Counted from the stretch's first letter, positions 19,749 through 30,855 are shown. The stretch is 64,000 nucleotides of DNA from Candidatus Latescibacterota bacterium (GCA_965203355.1 OZ241889.1:1888001-1952000); one strand, 5' to 3'. Numbers and translations are program-made. Notes: a model not told the origin generated them from the letters alone.

Positions 19749-19830
19749 CGCGCCGGCATTGCGGATGCGCTGGGCTGGGGCCATATTGTCCGCGTTTGCA
19801 TCCCGCTAGCATCGCTTCTGAAGTTGGTTT

Positions 19831-21819
19831 TTGATGACGTCCCCGACATATCGAGAAGAGCCTGTTTGCCCAGGCGTGGCCAGCGGCCTCACGCTCCGCT
19901 CCTTGGTGCTCGGCGTCGTCCAAGTCCTCGTGGTGTGTTTGGGCGCGCCCTACGCCATTTGGGTCTTGGGGTCATCCGAGATCACCTGGTCGTTCTTTCC
20001 GATTGCCGTCGGCTTTTCGTTCTGCTGCCTCATTCTGCTCAACATCCTACTTAAGACGATCAACCCGGGCTGGGCTTTGCGGCCGGCCGAGATGATCACG
20101 GTAGTAGTCATGGGCTTGGTGACCACCGGCATCCCCATCTTCATGATGGGCTATGTGCTGTCGATCCCCACCACGCCCTATTACTTTGCCTCGGCTGAAA
20201 ACCAGTGGGGCACGTATGTGTTGCCCTATCTGCCGACGTGGCTGGTGCCGAGCAACGATGGTTTGGCCATGACGTGGTTTTTCGAGGGGTTGCCACTCGG
20301 CGAGCCCATGCCTTGGGGCACTCTGCTCGATGCGTGGGCCATGCCGCTGTTTTGGTGGCTGAGCTTTGTCTGGACTTTGTACGCGGTTTGTTTTTGCCTC
20401 GTCGTCATTTTGCGCAAGCAGTGGGTCGAGCGCGAGCGGTTGGCCTATCCGCTGATGGAGGTGCCGCAAGCCCTCGTCGCAGATGCCGATGGCCCGGCGC
20501 GCGTACCGGCTGTCTTGCGGAATAAGGTCTTTTGGCTGGGCGCGGCGATCCCCCTGTGCATTGTCTTGTGGAACATCGTCGGCTTTTTCTTTCACTTCTT
20601 TCCCAAGATCGAATGGCACCATCCCATCCAAATCGCGCACGGCTTTCCCACCATCAACATCCGCTTCTACTTCCCGGTGGTGGGCTTCATGTATTTCGCC
20701 AATCTCAATGTGACCTTTAGCATCTGGTTTTTCTATTTGTTGCTGCTGGTCGAAGAGGGCCTGTTCAACCGCTTTGGCGTTGGCGTGACCGAAGCCGACA
20801 ACTTCGTGTGGGGCTTGCCTTCGACGTCTTGGCAGTGCTGGGGGGCGTTTGTGGTGCTGGTGTTGTGGGGCTTGTGGATGGCGCGGGATCACCTGAAAGA
20901 CGTGGCGCGCAAAGCGTGGAATCCCGCGCATCCGGTTGACGACAGCCGCGAGCTGATGTCCTATCGCAGCGCGGTCGTCGGCCTGTTGGTCGGGGTCGTC
21001 TATATGCTGGCGTGGCTGAACAAGGCCGGCATGGAAATAGCGGTGGCGGCGTTTTTCTTGGGCGGTGTGCTCATCGCCTATTTGGGTATCACCCGCTTGG
21101 TGGTGCAGGCCGGCGTCTTTTACCTGACCACGCCGGTGGTCAGCCAAGCTATGACCATGATGACCTTTGGCACGAGTGCGATTTCGCCGACGGGCTTGGT
21201 GGCCTTGGGGCTGAGCTATGGGTTCTTCAGCGACGTGCAGTCGATTTTTATGCCGTCGGCGGCCCATGCCACCCGGCTACACGACGCGATGCGCATGAGC
21301 CGTCGCGGCCTGTGCTTGGCTATTGCACTGGCCCTGTTGGTCGGATTTGTCGCCGCTATTGTGTACGTCATTACCATGGCCTACGAGCAGGGAGCCTCCA
21401 ACTTCAACTCTTGGTTTTTCCGCGTCTCCTCAGGCGCGGGCGTGCGCTCCTTTGAAGACGCGATGAGCAAGATAAAAACGCCGGCCGATTTTCACGCGCA
21501 GAAGTTGGGCTTCTTCGGCCTGGGCGCGGCGGCGATGTCCGTTTTGACGTTTATGCAGTATCGCTTTCCGTGGTGGCCCCTGCACCCGGTGGGTTTGGCC
21601 ATTTCCGCGATCTGGATGGTGCGCAATCAAGCACCGGCGATTTTTGTGTCTTGGGCGGCCAAGAGCCTGATCATGCGCTTTGGCGGCATTGAGCTATACC
21701 GCAAGGCCGCGCCGTTTTTCATCGGCCTGATTCTCGGGCACTTCTTCGGGGTGGGAATCTCGTTTATCGTCGATATGATTTTCTTCCCCGGCAACGGCCA
21801 TCCCATCCTGCACGGCTGA
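19831..21819 (+). CDS. Large multi-pass membrane protein (DUF6785/DUF6784-like, putative OPT-related transporter)
   Basis: LRKQWVERERLAYPL, WWPLHPVG, YRKAAPFFIGLILG; many TM segments. Confidence 0.7.
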   Translation: MMTSPTYREEPVCPGVASGLTLRSLVLGVVQVLVVCLGAPYAIWVLGSSEITWSFFPIAVGFSFCCLILLNILLKTINPGWALRPAEMITVVVMGLVTTGIPIFMMGYVLSIPTTPYYFASAENQWGTYVLPYLPTWLVPSNDGLAMTWFFEGLPLGEPMPWGTLLDAWAMPLFWWLSFVWTLYAVCFCLVVILRKQWVERERLAYPLMEVPQALVADADGPARVPAVLRNKVFWLGAAIPLCIVLWNIVGFFFHFFPKIEWHHPIQIAHGFPTINIRFYFPVVGFMYFANLNVTFSIWFFYLLLLVEEGLFNRFGVGVTEADNFVWGLPSTSWQCWGAFVVLVLWGLWMARDHLKDVARKAWNPAHPVDDSRELMSYRSAVVGLLVGVVYMLAWLNKAGMEIAVAAFFLGGVLIAYLGITRLVVQAGVFYLTTPVVSQAMTMMTFGTSAISPTGLVALGLSYGFFSDVQSIFMPSAAHATRLHDAMRMSRRGLCLAIALALLVGFVAAIVYVITMAYEQGASNFNSWFFRVSSGAGVRSFEDAMSKIKTPADFHAQKLGFFGLGAAAMSVLTFMQYRFPWWPLHPVGLAISAIWMVRNQAPAIFVSWAAKSLIMRFGGIELYRKAAPFFIGLILGHFFGVGISFIVDMIFFPGNGHPILHG

Positions 21820-22009
21820 CGCGGCGTTGTCAGTCAGCAACCTCCGAATTGGGCTATATATGGGCTGTATAACCAAATAACTCAGGGTGTTCGCATCTTG
21901 CATTCTTAGGGCATGGAGGCAAGCGAAGAAGATTGGGAACCGCAGCGGGACGTTAAACGTTTTGCCTTGTAGCTGATGCCCAGCTATCTAAGGAAAGGAA
22001 GAAGATGCG

Positions 22010-24676
22010 ATGAAAAGTCAATGGTTTTTGCTCAGCGCCGCAGGTCCCGTACTTGCGGCATTTTTCTGGATCGTCGGCCCGGCGTTTGGCCAAGCATCCG
22101 ATGCCCGCGACCCCTACTTTGCCCGCGACCGCGTGCTCGATGTGGCCATTGAGATGGCGGCTGAGGATTGGGATCGCCTGCGCGCCCAGACGCGGACCTA
22201 CACGGGCATATTCGGTGGAGCCGACTGCCTCGACAGCCCCCCCAAGGACGTGTTCTCTTGGTTTGAGGCGACGGTAACGGTGGATGGCGCAAGCCACACC
22301 CAAGTTGGCGTCCGCAAGAAAGGGTTCTACGGGTCGCTGAGCAAAGTCAAGCCCTCGCTCAAGGTCCGCTTCGACAAGTTCGTCGATGGCCAGCTCCTCG
22401 GCGGCGTGATGAAGCGCCTGACCCTGAACAATGCCGTGCAAGACCTGTCCATGATCAATACCTGCATGGCCTACCACGTCTTTGCCGCGGCCGGCCTGCC
22501 GACGCCGCGCTGCAACTTTGCTACTGTGGCGGTGAACGGCGAAAACCTGGGCTTATACGTGCATGTGGAGAGCATGAAAACCGCGTTTTTAGAACGCAAT
22601 TTCTCCGATTCAAGCGGCAATTTCTACGAAGGCACCTTCAGCGATTTCCGGCCCGAGTGGCGCGGTTCTTTAGAAAAGAAAAACAACGAGGCGGCCGCAG
22701 ACTGGTCGGATATCGACGCGGTCGTCGCCGCGCTGCAAGACTCTTCCCCGGCCGGGCTTGAAGCCCTCGCCGAGATCGTCGACCTCGACCGCTTCCTCAC
22801 CTTCTGGGCAACCGAAGTGCTCATCGGGCATTGGGATGGGTATGCCGGCCACCTCAATAACTTCTACATCTACCGCGAGCCGGGCGAGCCGTTTGTGTTC
22901 ATGCCTTGGGGTGCCGATTCAGGGTTTGCGTCGTTAGATACCCCCGAAGACGACTTTGAGTCGCCGGTCTCGGTGCTGGCCAACGGGGCCATCGCGCATC
23001 GCCTGTACCACGACGACGCCATGCGCGCCGCCTATGTAGGCCGCCTCAAGCACCTGCTCGACGCGGTCTGGAACGAAGCAGTGCTATTGCAACGAGTCGA
23101 CGAAATGGCCGCTCTGGTCCAAGAACATGCGCTGGCCGAAAGTCGCGCCGATGCCGCCAGAGACGCAGACCGGGTGCGCCGCTTCATCCGCGAGCAGCGG
23201 GCCGAGATCCTCGCTGAACTCGACCCAGAGCCGCCGGAGTGGCCTTGGTCGCCGCAGTCTAAGGCCGACATGTGTATGCCGGAAAGAGGCTCTTTTGATC
23301 TGGTCTTTGAGACGACTTGGGGGTCGAGTGACAGCGAGGATCCACTCGCGAAAGGGACCGTCGCGTTTACCCATTATCGGTTGGACGGCAAAGAGCAGCG
23401 CTTTGAGCACTCGGGGGCCACGGCCGGAATCGACAGAAATAGGGCAGCAAGCTGGGATGAAGGGTTGGGTGCGCTCGACGCGGCCGGCGATGGCCTCGTC
23501 GACCAAGAAGACTACGATGCAGCCCTGGCCCGAGGCATTGAAGACCTGCCGCGGTGGGAGGACCTGCTCACCTTAGATACCAACGGCGACGATGCCATAG
23601 ATCGGGAAGAGTTTGAAGCGGTCGTGGGCGTGGGAAGCGCGGAAGCGGGAGAAGAAGGCCAGGCGTCCATAACCATCTCCAGCGCCAGCGATGGGCCGGA
23701 CTCTTCCACTTACGTACTGAATGCGACGATGCCAATACATGCAATAGTCAGCGACACCACCTTGGCTTTCGAGTTGGATGCGCTCAATGGCTATTACTTT
23801 GCCACGGCCACGGACCAGTTTGGTCTAATCGGCCAAGGAGGGATTGAGTTCGACGCGGCCAGCACCGAACCGGGGGGGAAAATCTCGGGCCGGCTCTATG
23901 GCACTATATTCGGCCATGGCGGAGGCGTGGCTCCAGCCGCTGAAGACGACAAAGAGTCGGCAAAAACCGAACTGGTTATCAACGAGGTCGCCGCGCAAGG
24001 CGATCCTCTCGACTGGTTTGAACTCTACAATGCCTCGGCTAGCCCGATAGATCTGGCCGACTTTGTGCTGGCCGACGATCTGACGGACGCCGACAAGCGC
24101 GTTCCTTTTCCGGCCGGCACGGTCATCGCAGCGGGTGCATTTTTGCAGATTCAGCTCGACAAAGAAGAGTGGCCCGGCTTTGCCCTGGGCCGCGACGAAG
24201 AGCTGGGCATTTGGACGGCCGATGGCCGGTTGATGGCCCAGATCGACTGGGACAAGGGACAGGCCGACGAGGGAACGAGCTGGGCGCGCATACCGGACAT
24301 CACGGGCGATTTTCAGACCGTAAGCCCGCCTACGCCGGGTGCGCGCAACCAGATCGAGACAGCGGTCGCCGAGCAGGCCGCCGGCGCGCCCGAGGCGTTT
24401 CGGCTGCGCGGCAACTGGCCCAACCCATTCAACGCCAACACGATCATTGCCTTTGACTTGCCGCAGACCGCCCCGGTGTATCTGGTGGTGTACGACGTGC
24501 TCGGCCGCCGCGTTTGCGCCCTGCACCGCGGGAATGCGCTGTCGGCCGGCCACCATCGCACCGCTTGGAATGGCCGCGACGATGAGGGCCGCCCCGTTGC
24601 CAGCGGTGTGTATCTGTACCAACTCGCGGTTGGGGGCGGCTTTACCGCGGTGGGACGGATGGCCTTGATACGGTAA
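22010..24676 (+). CDS. Secreted CotH-family kinase with EF-hands, lamin-tail domain and FlgD-Ig/T9SS-like C-terminal domain
   Basis: VGVRKKG, KPSLK, HWDGY..NNFYIY, PWGAD; DTNGDDAIDREE; INEV..DWFELYN; NWPNPFN..WNGRDD.G..VASGVYLY. Confidence 0.85.
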   Translation: MKSQWFLLSAAGPVLAAFFWIVGPAFGQASDARDPYFARDRVLDVAIEMAAEDWDRLRAQTRTYTGIFGGADCLDSPPKDVFSWFEATVTVDGASHTQVGVRKKGFYGSLSKVKPSLKVRFDKFVDGQLLGGVMKRLTLNNAVQDLSMINTCMAYHVFAAAGLPTPRCNFATVAVNGENLGLYVHVESMKTAFLERNFSDSSGNFYEGTFSDFRPEWRGSLEKKNNEAAADWSDIDAVVAALQDSSPAGLEALAEIVDLDRFLTFWATEVLIGHWDGYAGHLNNFYIYREPGEPFVFMPWGADSGFASLDTPEDDFESPVSVLANGAIAHRLYHDDAMRAAYVGRLKHLLDAVWNEAVLLQRVDEMAALVQEHALAESRADAARDADRVRRFIREQRAEILAELDPEPPEWPWSPQSKADMCMPERGSFDLVFETTWGSSDSEDPLAKGTVAFTHYRLDGKEQRFEHSGATAGIDRNRAASWDEGLGALDAAGDGLVDQEDYDAALARGIEDLPRWEDLLTLDTNGDDAIDREEFEAVVGVGSAEAGEEGQASITISSASDGPDSSTYVLNATMPIHAIVSDTTLAFELDALNGYYFATATDQFGLIGQGGIEFDAASTEPGGKISGRLYGTIFGHGGGVAPAAEDDKESAKTELVINEVAAQGDPLDWFELYNASASPIDLADFVLADDLTDADKRVPFPAGTVIAAGAFLQIQLDKEEWPGFALGRDEELGIWTADGRLMAQIDWDKGQADEGTSWARIPDITGDFQTVSPPTPGARNQIETAVAEQAAGAPEAFRLRGNWPNPFNANTIIAFDLPQTAPVYLVVYDVLGRRVCALHRGNALSAGHHRTAWNGRDDEGRPVASGVYLYQLAVGGGFTAVGRMALIR

Positions 24677-24756
24677 GATCGCCGCTCCTCGTCGATGCGG
24701 TAACAAATAGCCTGGGCGCTGGTGTTCAAATTGGTAACTCAATAGCTTCTAAAGCT

Positions 24757-27054
24757 ATGTTGAACCAGGCGAAAACGTACATTTTGGTGGCGGCTGCGAT
24801 GGCCGCCACCAATAGTGCTCCTTCCGCCCAGTCTCCATCCACCGGCACTGTTAGCGGATTCATCCGCGACAAAAGCGATGGCGAGCACTTGCCCACTGCC
24901 GCGGTCTCCATCGCCGTGGCAGACCGCACAATGGGTGCGCTGAGCAATATGGAAGGCTATTATGCCATCCCGGACATCCCGGCCGGGGCCTGGGTCGTCA
25001 CCGCGTCCTACATTGGCTACGCAACCTACCGCGACACGCTGGTGTTGGCCGCTGGTCAGGTCCTGCGCTGGGACATCGAACTCGCTCGACAAGCCCTAGA
25101 AATGGGGGAAGTGGTCGTGGAGGCCGAGGCGGCCGCAGTGGAGAGCGAAGTGAACCAGCGGCCGAGCGTTGTCGCCTTACCAGCAAAAGACTTACAACAG
25201 ATGGCGGCCATGGTCGAGCCGGATTTGCTGCGCAGCTTGCAACTTTTGCCGGGGGTGCAAGCCGCATCGGATCTTAGCAGTGGACTCTATGTGCGCGGGG
25301 GCGGCCCCGACCAGACGGGTATCCTGCTCGATCAAATGCGGCTCTACAACCCGTCGCACGCCTTCGGCTTCTTCTCCACCTTCAACCCAGACGCCATCAA
25401 GGATGTCGCCTTCTACAAGGGGGTCTATCCGGCCCAATACGGCGGTAGCCTAAGCGCCATCCTCGACGTGCAAAACCGCGATGGCAACCGCCGGAACGCT
25501 AGCACCAAAGGGGGCGTTAGCTTGATCTCCAGCCGGTTGATGAGCGAAGGGCCGCTCGGCCAAGGCTCTTGGATGGTGGCCGGCCGGCGCACGTACCTCG
25601 ATCCCATGTTCCGAGCAATCCGGCGGTACACCGACGAACTCGAGGGCCTCGGCTACTGGTTTTACGATGTCAACGCCAAGGTGAATACCCAACTTACTCC
25701 CAACGACCACTTGGCGATCAGCGCATACGGAGGCGACGATCATCTCGACATCAGCGTCCGCGGTAACAGCACCTCCAGCGACAGCGCCAACGTCCTTTCC
25801 TTTGGCAATAACTGGGGCAACAAGGCACTGACCGGGCGCTGGACGCACGTGTTTTCGCCGGCGCTTTTCGGGCGCATGATGGCCCTGTACTCTAAATACC
25901 AAAGCGACATCAGCCTCGATTTGTTCGGTACGTCCATTGCCGTGCACAATCGCGTACAGGAGGTCTCTTTCAAAAGCGGCCTCGATTACTTTGCCACGGC
26001 CAACCACACCCTGCGCACCGGAGTTGATCTTGCGTTCTTCCGCTTTGATTACGGGGTGCGCTTTGATCAGTATGAGAACGACCAAGTCGTCAAGCCCTAT
26101 CTCTTGTCGGCCTATCTCCAAGACGACTGGCAAGTAACGCCGCTAACCCAAGCCCGGCTGGGCCTGCGCGGGACGTATTACGAAGAGGGCGGGCACCTGT
26201 CGCTCAATCCGCGCTTTTCGCTTAGTCGCGTACTGCAAGAAGGCTGGCGCGTCAAACTGGCCGGGGGCAGCTACCGGCAATACTTGCAGTTGGTTTCGTC
26301 CGAAGGCTTCAGTGGCGGCGACCTGTGGTTGCCTCTCGACAAAACGGTCGAGCCGGGGCACTCCTATCAGGCGGTGTCGGGCTTGGAGTGGGAGCCTTCT
26401 ACCAGCTATCGGTTCAGCCTCGAGACCTACTATACGGACTTAATTAACCTCGTCGTCCTCGACGAGGAGCGGGGAGAAAACGTCGAGCAGGAAACCTCGG
26501 AGGATGTGTTCAAAACCGGCGGTAGCGGCTATGCGACCGGTGTGGAGTTGTTTGCCGAGAAGCGCCGCGGGCGTCTCAGCGGTTGGCTGGGCTACACCCT
26601 CGGCTGGACGCGGCGGACGTTTCCAGATATTGATGCTGGCCGCACTTTTGCGCCCAAATACGACCGCCGCCACGACGTGTCGTTGACCGCGACGTACCGC
26701 TTAGACCGCTGGACTTGGACCGCCAATTTCGCGTACGGAACCGGCCAAGCCTACACGCCAGCCGCCGCCCGCTACACCCTGCGCGACCCGGCCTCCGGCC
26801 TCCGCGTCAACCGGCTGCTGGCGGCCCGGCGCAACACCGCTCGGCTGTTGCCCTATCACCGCTTGGATGTTGGGCTGCGGAGTGCGTTTGGGCTTTTGGG
26901 TGCGGATGCCGAGTTCTACTTGCAAGTTTTCAATGCGTACAATCGCCGCAACGAATGGTTTATCGAGTACGAGCCCGACGATTTCACCGAGCAACCGATT
27001 GTGGTGCGGATGCTGCCCATCGTGCCGACCTTCGGCGTTGACTTCAAGTTTTAA
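24757..27054 (+). CDS. TonB-dependent receptor
   Basis: CarboxypepD-like N-domain, LQLLPGV, YVRGG plug, YHRLD, C-terminal F. Confidence 0.9.
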   Translation: MLNQAKTYILVAAAMAATNSAPSAQSPSTGTVSGFIRDKSDGEHLPTAAVSIAVADRTMGALSNMEGYYAIPDIPAGAWVVTASYIGYATYRDTLVLAAGQVLRWDIELARQALEMGEVVVEAEAAAVESEVNQRPSVVALPAKDLQQMAAMVEPDLLRSLQLLPGVQAASDLSSGLYVRGGGPDQTGILLDQMRLYNPSHAFGFFSTFNPDAIKDVAFYKGVYPAQYGGSLSAILDVQNRDGNRRNASTKGGVSLISSRLMSEGPLGQGSWMVAGRRTYLDPMFRAIRRYTDELEGLGYWFYDVNAKVNTQLTPNDHLAISAYGGDDHLDISVRGNSTSSDSANVLSFGNNWGNKALTGRWTHVFSPALFGRMMALYSKYQSDISLDLFGTSIAVHNRVQEVSFKSGLDYFATANHTLRTGVDLAFFRFDYGVRFDQYENDQVVKPYLLSAYLQDDWQVTPLTQARLGLRGTYYEEGGHLSLNPRFSLSRVLQEGWRVKLAGGSYRQYLQLVSSEGFSGGDLWLPLDKTVEPGHSYQAVSGLEWEPSTSYRFSLETYYTDLINLVVLDEERGENVEQETSEDVFKTGGSGYATGVELFAEKRRGRLSGWLGYTLGWTRRTFPDIDAGRTFAPKYDRRHDVSLTATYRLDRWTWTANFAYGTGQAYTPAAARYTLRDPASGLRVNRLLAARRNTARLLPYHRLDVGLRSAFGLLGADAEFYLQVFNAYNRRNEWFIEYEPDDFTEQPIVVRMLPIVPTFGVDFKF

Positions 27055-27057
27055 GCC

Positions 27058-27993
27058 ATGTATCGCTATCTCCTGCTGCTACCGCTGCTGCTCGCGTGCC
27101 AGGCGCCCGGGCCGCTAGCGGCCAACCGCGACCCGGCCGAGTTGTTCGGCCCCAGCGAGGCCGGCCTCATCGTCGTTGATGCCGTTCTCATCGTCGATGC
27201 GCCGCTGGCCCCGGTCGTCTTGCGGCGCACGGTGGCCCCCGGTACTCCCTATTCGGAGCGTGGTGCGGCCTTAGCGGGCGCGCGCGTTGCCATACACAGC
27301 GGCGACGCCGCGTTCAACTATCGCCCCGATCCGGCCGCGAAGGGGCACTACTTACCGCCGGACGACGCGCCGCTAGTCGAACCCAATCGCCTATACGAGT
27401 TGCGCGTCAACATTGAGGGCGGTTTGGCGGTACGCGCTCAGACCCAGACGCCAGCGCGGGTGTGCATTGATTCGCTGCTGCTTTTGGCCGATGACGCAGA
27501 GACCGCGCTGCGGCCGCTCAAGCTGTTTGCGGAGCTTGGCGACGCGGTCTATCAGGCCGCGGAAAACCAGTTGCGGTACGGCAAAGGGGTGCTCTGGGCC
27601 CAGTTTCAGGAGAATCGTCCGGCCGCTTCCTACCAGATACGCATAGAAAATCTAGAGGATTCCAGTGCGCTGCTGATCGACTGGATTGAGGAGGACTTTG
27701 AAGATCTTGATTTTGATTTCGAGCGCGTGGAAACGTCCACGCTGCTGAATCTGCAAAGCGGCGAACTCTACCTACCTTGGGACGGTATTTACTATGCCGG
27801 GCGCTACAAGATCAAACTCTTCGCGGTCGATCAGAATTGGTTTGACTTGGTCCGCACCGACAATGTAGATGCCGACCGGAGCAGCGGCGAGGCTGGCCAG
27901 AGTTTTCAACGGCCGCTTTTCCACGTCGAAAACGGGATCGGTCTCTTCGCTTCGGCGGCCGTGGATTCCTTCGGCTTCTCCGTCCGACCATAG
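27058..27993 (+). CDS. DUF4249-like lipoprotein partner of the TonB-dependent receptor
   Basis: Lipobox LLAC, C-terminal VENGIGLFAS; directly downstream of the receptor gene. Confidence 0.65.
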   Translation: MYRYLLLLPLLLACQAPGPLAANRDPAELFGPSEAGLIVVDAVLIVDAPLAPVVLRRTVAPGTPYSERGAALAGARVAIHSGDAAFNYRPDPAAKGHYLPPDDAPLVEPNRLYELRVNIEGGLAVRAQTQTPARVCIDSLLLLADDAETALRPLKLFAELGDAVYQAAENQLRYGKGVLWAQFQENRPAASYQIRIENLEDSSALLIDWIEEDFEDLDFDFERVETSTLLNLQSGELYLPWDGIYYAGRYKIKLFAVDQNWFDLVRTDNVDADRSSGEAGQSFQRPLFHVENGIGLFASAAVDSFGFSVRP

Positions 27994-27997
27994 GCAC

Positions 27998-29650
27998 ATG
28001 TGGATTTTAGCGAACGACACCTTCCGGCGTGCGCTTGCTTTGTTGCGGTCTCCCGTACTCGTTTTTGCCGCCAGCCTATTGGGCGGATCGAGGCTGCTCG
28101 GCGAAGCGGTCGAGCCGAGCGCGAAACTCACTTTCGAGCCATACGAGATCGCCATCGGCTCGGCGAAACGCCAGACCGTTTTGACGGGATTCCTGCTCGG
28201 CGGCGCGGTCGCAGATCTGGCTGTGGTGAGCCGCGACCGCTTGCGCGTCTACGGGTTCGGCGACAGCACTTGGGCACCGCTACTCGACGCAACGTTGCGT
28301 CCCGAGGTATTGTTCGTCGATGTGGCCCATATCGGCGGACGCGACCGCTTGATTGCGTACGAACCCGGTCGCCTGAACTGGTTCGATCCTGAGACGGCGA
28401 CGGAACGCGCACTGGTGGCGGTGACGGCTCATTTCAATCCGCCTCGCCGCGGCGAAATCCCCCATGTAGATGTTACGCGAGACGTGAACGGCGATGCGCG
28501 CGACGACCTAGTCGTGCCGGGCGTCGATGGCTTTTTGGTGTTCGTCCAGATGAGCGATGGCGCGTTTGCCGAGCCGGTGGCGATCGGCCCTCCCATTGAT
28601 ATGAGTAGGATCTACGGAGCGGATGGATATCGATACGATCCTTGGTCGCAAAGCCGCGTCCACGAGATAGACTACAACCGAGACGGTCGCCGCGACTTAG
28701 TGTTCTGGAACGAGGACCACTTTGCGGTACATCGCCAAAACGAGCGCGGGTTGTTTGCGTCGGTGGCCGAGACTTTCGCGACCGATGTAGCATTCGACTC
28801 GGATCATTTTTCCGCGCTCGCCACCGGCGCCATGACCGGGAAGGTGCTGCACTCGTTAAGCGACCTGAACGGCGACGGCGTTGCCGATTTGGTCGTATTC
28901 TCGCTACAGGGCCGACGCACTTCCAGCAAGCGTTCCACTTATGAGGTGCATCTTGGCGCACCAACAGCCGATAGCAGCATCGCGTTCGCACCGGACGTCG
29001 ATATGGCCTTTAAGTCGGACGGCAGAATCCAACTCGGAATGGAGCGGCGCGACTTGGATCGCGACGGTCGCGCCGACTTGATGTTCACAACCATTGCGGT
29101 CCAGTACCTCGAAAGCAGCCTTTGGAAAAAATTCAAGGGGTTCATGGGCGATGACATCTGGCTGCATCTTGAGTTCTACCGCATGGAAGCCGGCCTCTAT
29201 CGCGACAAACCCAACGCCATCGGCAGAATCCAGTTGGACGGCGTGCCCAGCTATCAGGAGCCGGGATGGGTGCCGTTGGACGTCGCGCTTCGAGGGGCAA
29301 CGCACGTAAGCCGCAAGTCGCAAAAACGCTACTTGCGCGCGTTCAACAGGACCTTGCTCATTGGGGATGTGACCGGCGACGGTCGCGCCGATCTGCTCGT
29401 CGAGGGGATCCATAAGGAACTGCGCGTTTTTGTCGGCGTACCGGGGCCAGACCTGTTTGCCCAGCGGCCGCAGAAGGTGGCGGTCGCCTTACCCCACGAC
29501 GCGGAATACACCTCGCTCGCAGACCTCAACGGAGACGGCAAACAGGACATCCTCATGCACGATCCGTTCCCGCTGCGCGATGTCCACGGTGGGCCGAAAC
29601 GCCCGCCCGGGACTGAGGCGCAGCGGGTGACGATACTGATCGCTCGCTAA
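27998..29650 (+). CDS. FG-GAP/VCBS repeat protein
   Basis: Repeated DxNGDGxxDL motifs; start uncertain. Confidence 0.8.
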   Translation: MWILANDTFRRALALLRSPVLVFAASLLGGSRLLGEAVEPSAKLTFEPYEIAIGSAKRQTVLTGFLLGGAVADLAVVSRDRLRVYGFGDSTWAPLLDATLRPEVLFVDVAHIGGRDRLIAYEPGRLNWFDPETATERALVAVTAHFNPPRRGEIPHVDVTRDVNGDARDDLVVPGVDGFLVFVQMSDGAFAEPVAIGPPIDMSRIYGADGYRYDPWSQSRVHEIDYNRDGRRDLVFWNEDHFAVHRQNERGLFASVAETFATDVAFDSDHFSALATGAMTGKVLHSLSDLNGDGVADLVVFSLQGRRTSSKRSTYEVHLGAPTADSSIAFAPDVDMAFKSDGRIQLGMERRDLDRDGRADLMFTTIAVQYLESSLWKKFKGFMGDDIWLHLEFYRMEAGLYRDKPNAIGRIQLDGVPSYQEPGWVPLDVALRGATHVSRKSQKRYLRAFNRTLLIGDVTGDGRADLLVEGIHKELRVFVGVPGPDLFAQRPQKVAVALPHDAEYTSLADLNGDGKQDILMHDPFPLRDVHGGPKRPPGTEAQRVTILIAR

Positions 29651-30855
29651 GGCCGCACCACGCTGCCGTCGGCGCGGCGATCCTCGGCCGCGTAAAAGGC
29701 GCGCACCTGATCGCCGACCAACAGATTTTTCGCCTGCTCTTCGTCGATGTCGATTCCCAGCCCCGGCTGGTCGTTGGGATACATGTATCCCCCTTCCATC
29801 GTGGCATGCCCGGGAAACGCCTCCAGTTCTTCTGGCCGAAAACCGTTCTCCTCTTGGATCCCGAAACTGTAGCTCGCCATATCGAGGTGCATGGCGGCCG
29901 CTTGGTTGACCGGATCGTTGTCCCCGCCTTCCTGCCAAGCCGTCTGCACGCCGTAAAACTCGCAGAGCGCGGCGATTTTGCGGCAGGGGGTGATGCCGCC
30001 GCCTTTGGCCACCCGGATGCGGATGTAGTCAATGAGGCGCTCGCTGATCAGCGGCAAGTATTCGTTGACGTGGACGAATAGCTCGCCCATGGCCTGCGGC
30101 GTGGTGCATTGCTGGCGCATGAGCCGGTACCAGCCGATTTGCTCCGGTGCCAGCGCGTCTTCGAGGAAAAACAGCCGGTAGGGTTCTAGCCGCTTGGCCA
30201 GTGCCACGGCGATTTGCGGTTTGAGGTGTTCGTGGACGTCGTGGGTGAGCTTGGGGCCAAACCCCAGCTTGTTGCGCAGGTACTCGAACATCGCGGGAAT
30301 AGCCTCCAGATAGGCTTCGTCGTCAAAGGCCGGTGCCGCCGACCAAGCATTGCGCGGCTTGAGGGCGTTTTCCACGAAACCGCCGCCGCCATAGCCGCCG
30401 AGTTGGCAGCGGATTACCGGCCAGCCCTCGTCGATGTAGCGCTGGACGTCATCGGCGAGGGCTGCGTGATCTCGGCCGCCGGCGTGGGCGTAGCAGGGCA
30501 CGGCCGCCCGGCAGGCCCCGCCCAGCAGTTCGTACACCGGCAGGCCGGCTTCCTTGCCTTTGATGTCCCATAGAGCCATGTCGATGCCGCCTAACGCGGC
30601 GTTGAGGATGGAGCCGCTGCGCCAGTAGCCGCTGTTGTACACGCATTGCCAGATGTCCTCGATGCGGCTGGCCTCGCGGCCAATAAGCAGCGGTCCCAAG
30701 CTCTCTTGGAGGGCCGTGGCGACGGTGGCGGCGTGGTTGTGCTCGCTGGCCGAGCCGATGCCGTAGAGGCCGGGTTGGTCGGTGATGATTTTGACGATGA
30801 CCCAAGTGCCGTTTTGGCGAGTGCGGATGCAGCGGACTTCTTTGATCTTGGCCAT
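29647..30855 (-). CDS. Mannonate dehydratase/RspA-like enolase-superfamily enzyme
   Basis: YWRSG, IDMALWDIKGK, HDVHE, FLED, MGE; AAGGAG RBS. Confidence 0.88.
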   Translation of the reverse strand: MAKIKEVRCIRTRQNGTWVIVKIITDQPGLYGIGSASEHNHAATVATALQESLGPLLIGREASRIEDIWQCVYNSGYWRSGSILNAALGGIDMALWDIKGKEAGLPVYELLGGACRAAVPCYAHAGGRDHAALADDVQRYIDEGWPVIRCQLGGYGGGGFVENALKPRNAWSAAPAFDDEAYLEAIPAMFEYLRNKLGFGPKLTHDVHEHLKPQIAVALAKRLEPYRLFFLEDALAPEQIGWYRLMRQQCTTPQAMGELFVHVNEYLPLISERLIDYIRIRVAKGGGITPCRKIAALCEFYGVQTAWQEGGDNDPVNQAAAMHLDMASYSFGIQEENGFRPEELEAFPGHATMEGGYMYPNDQPGLGIDIDEEQAKNLLVGDQVRAFYAAEDRRADGSVVRP

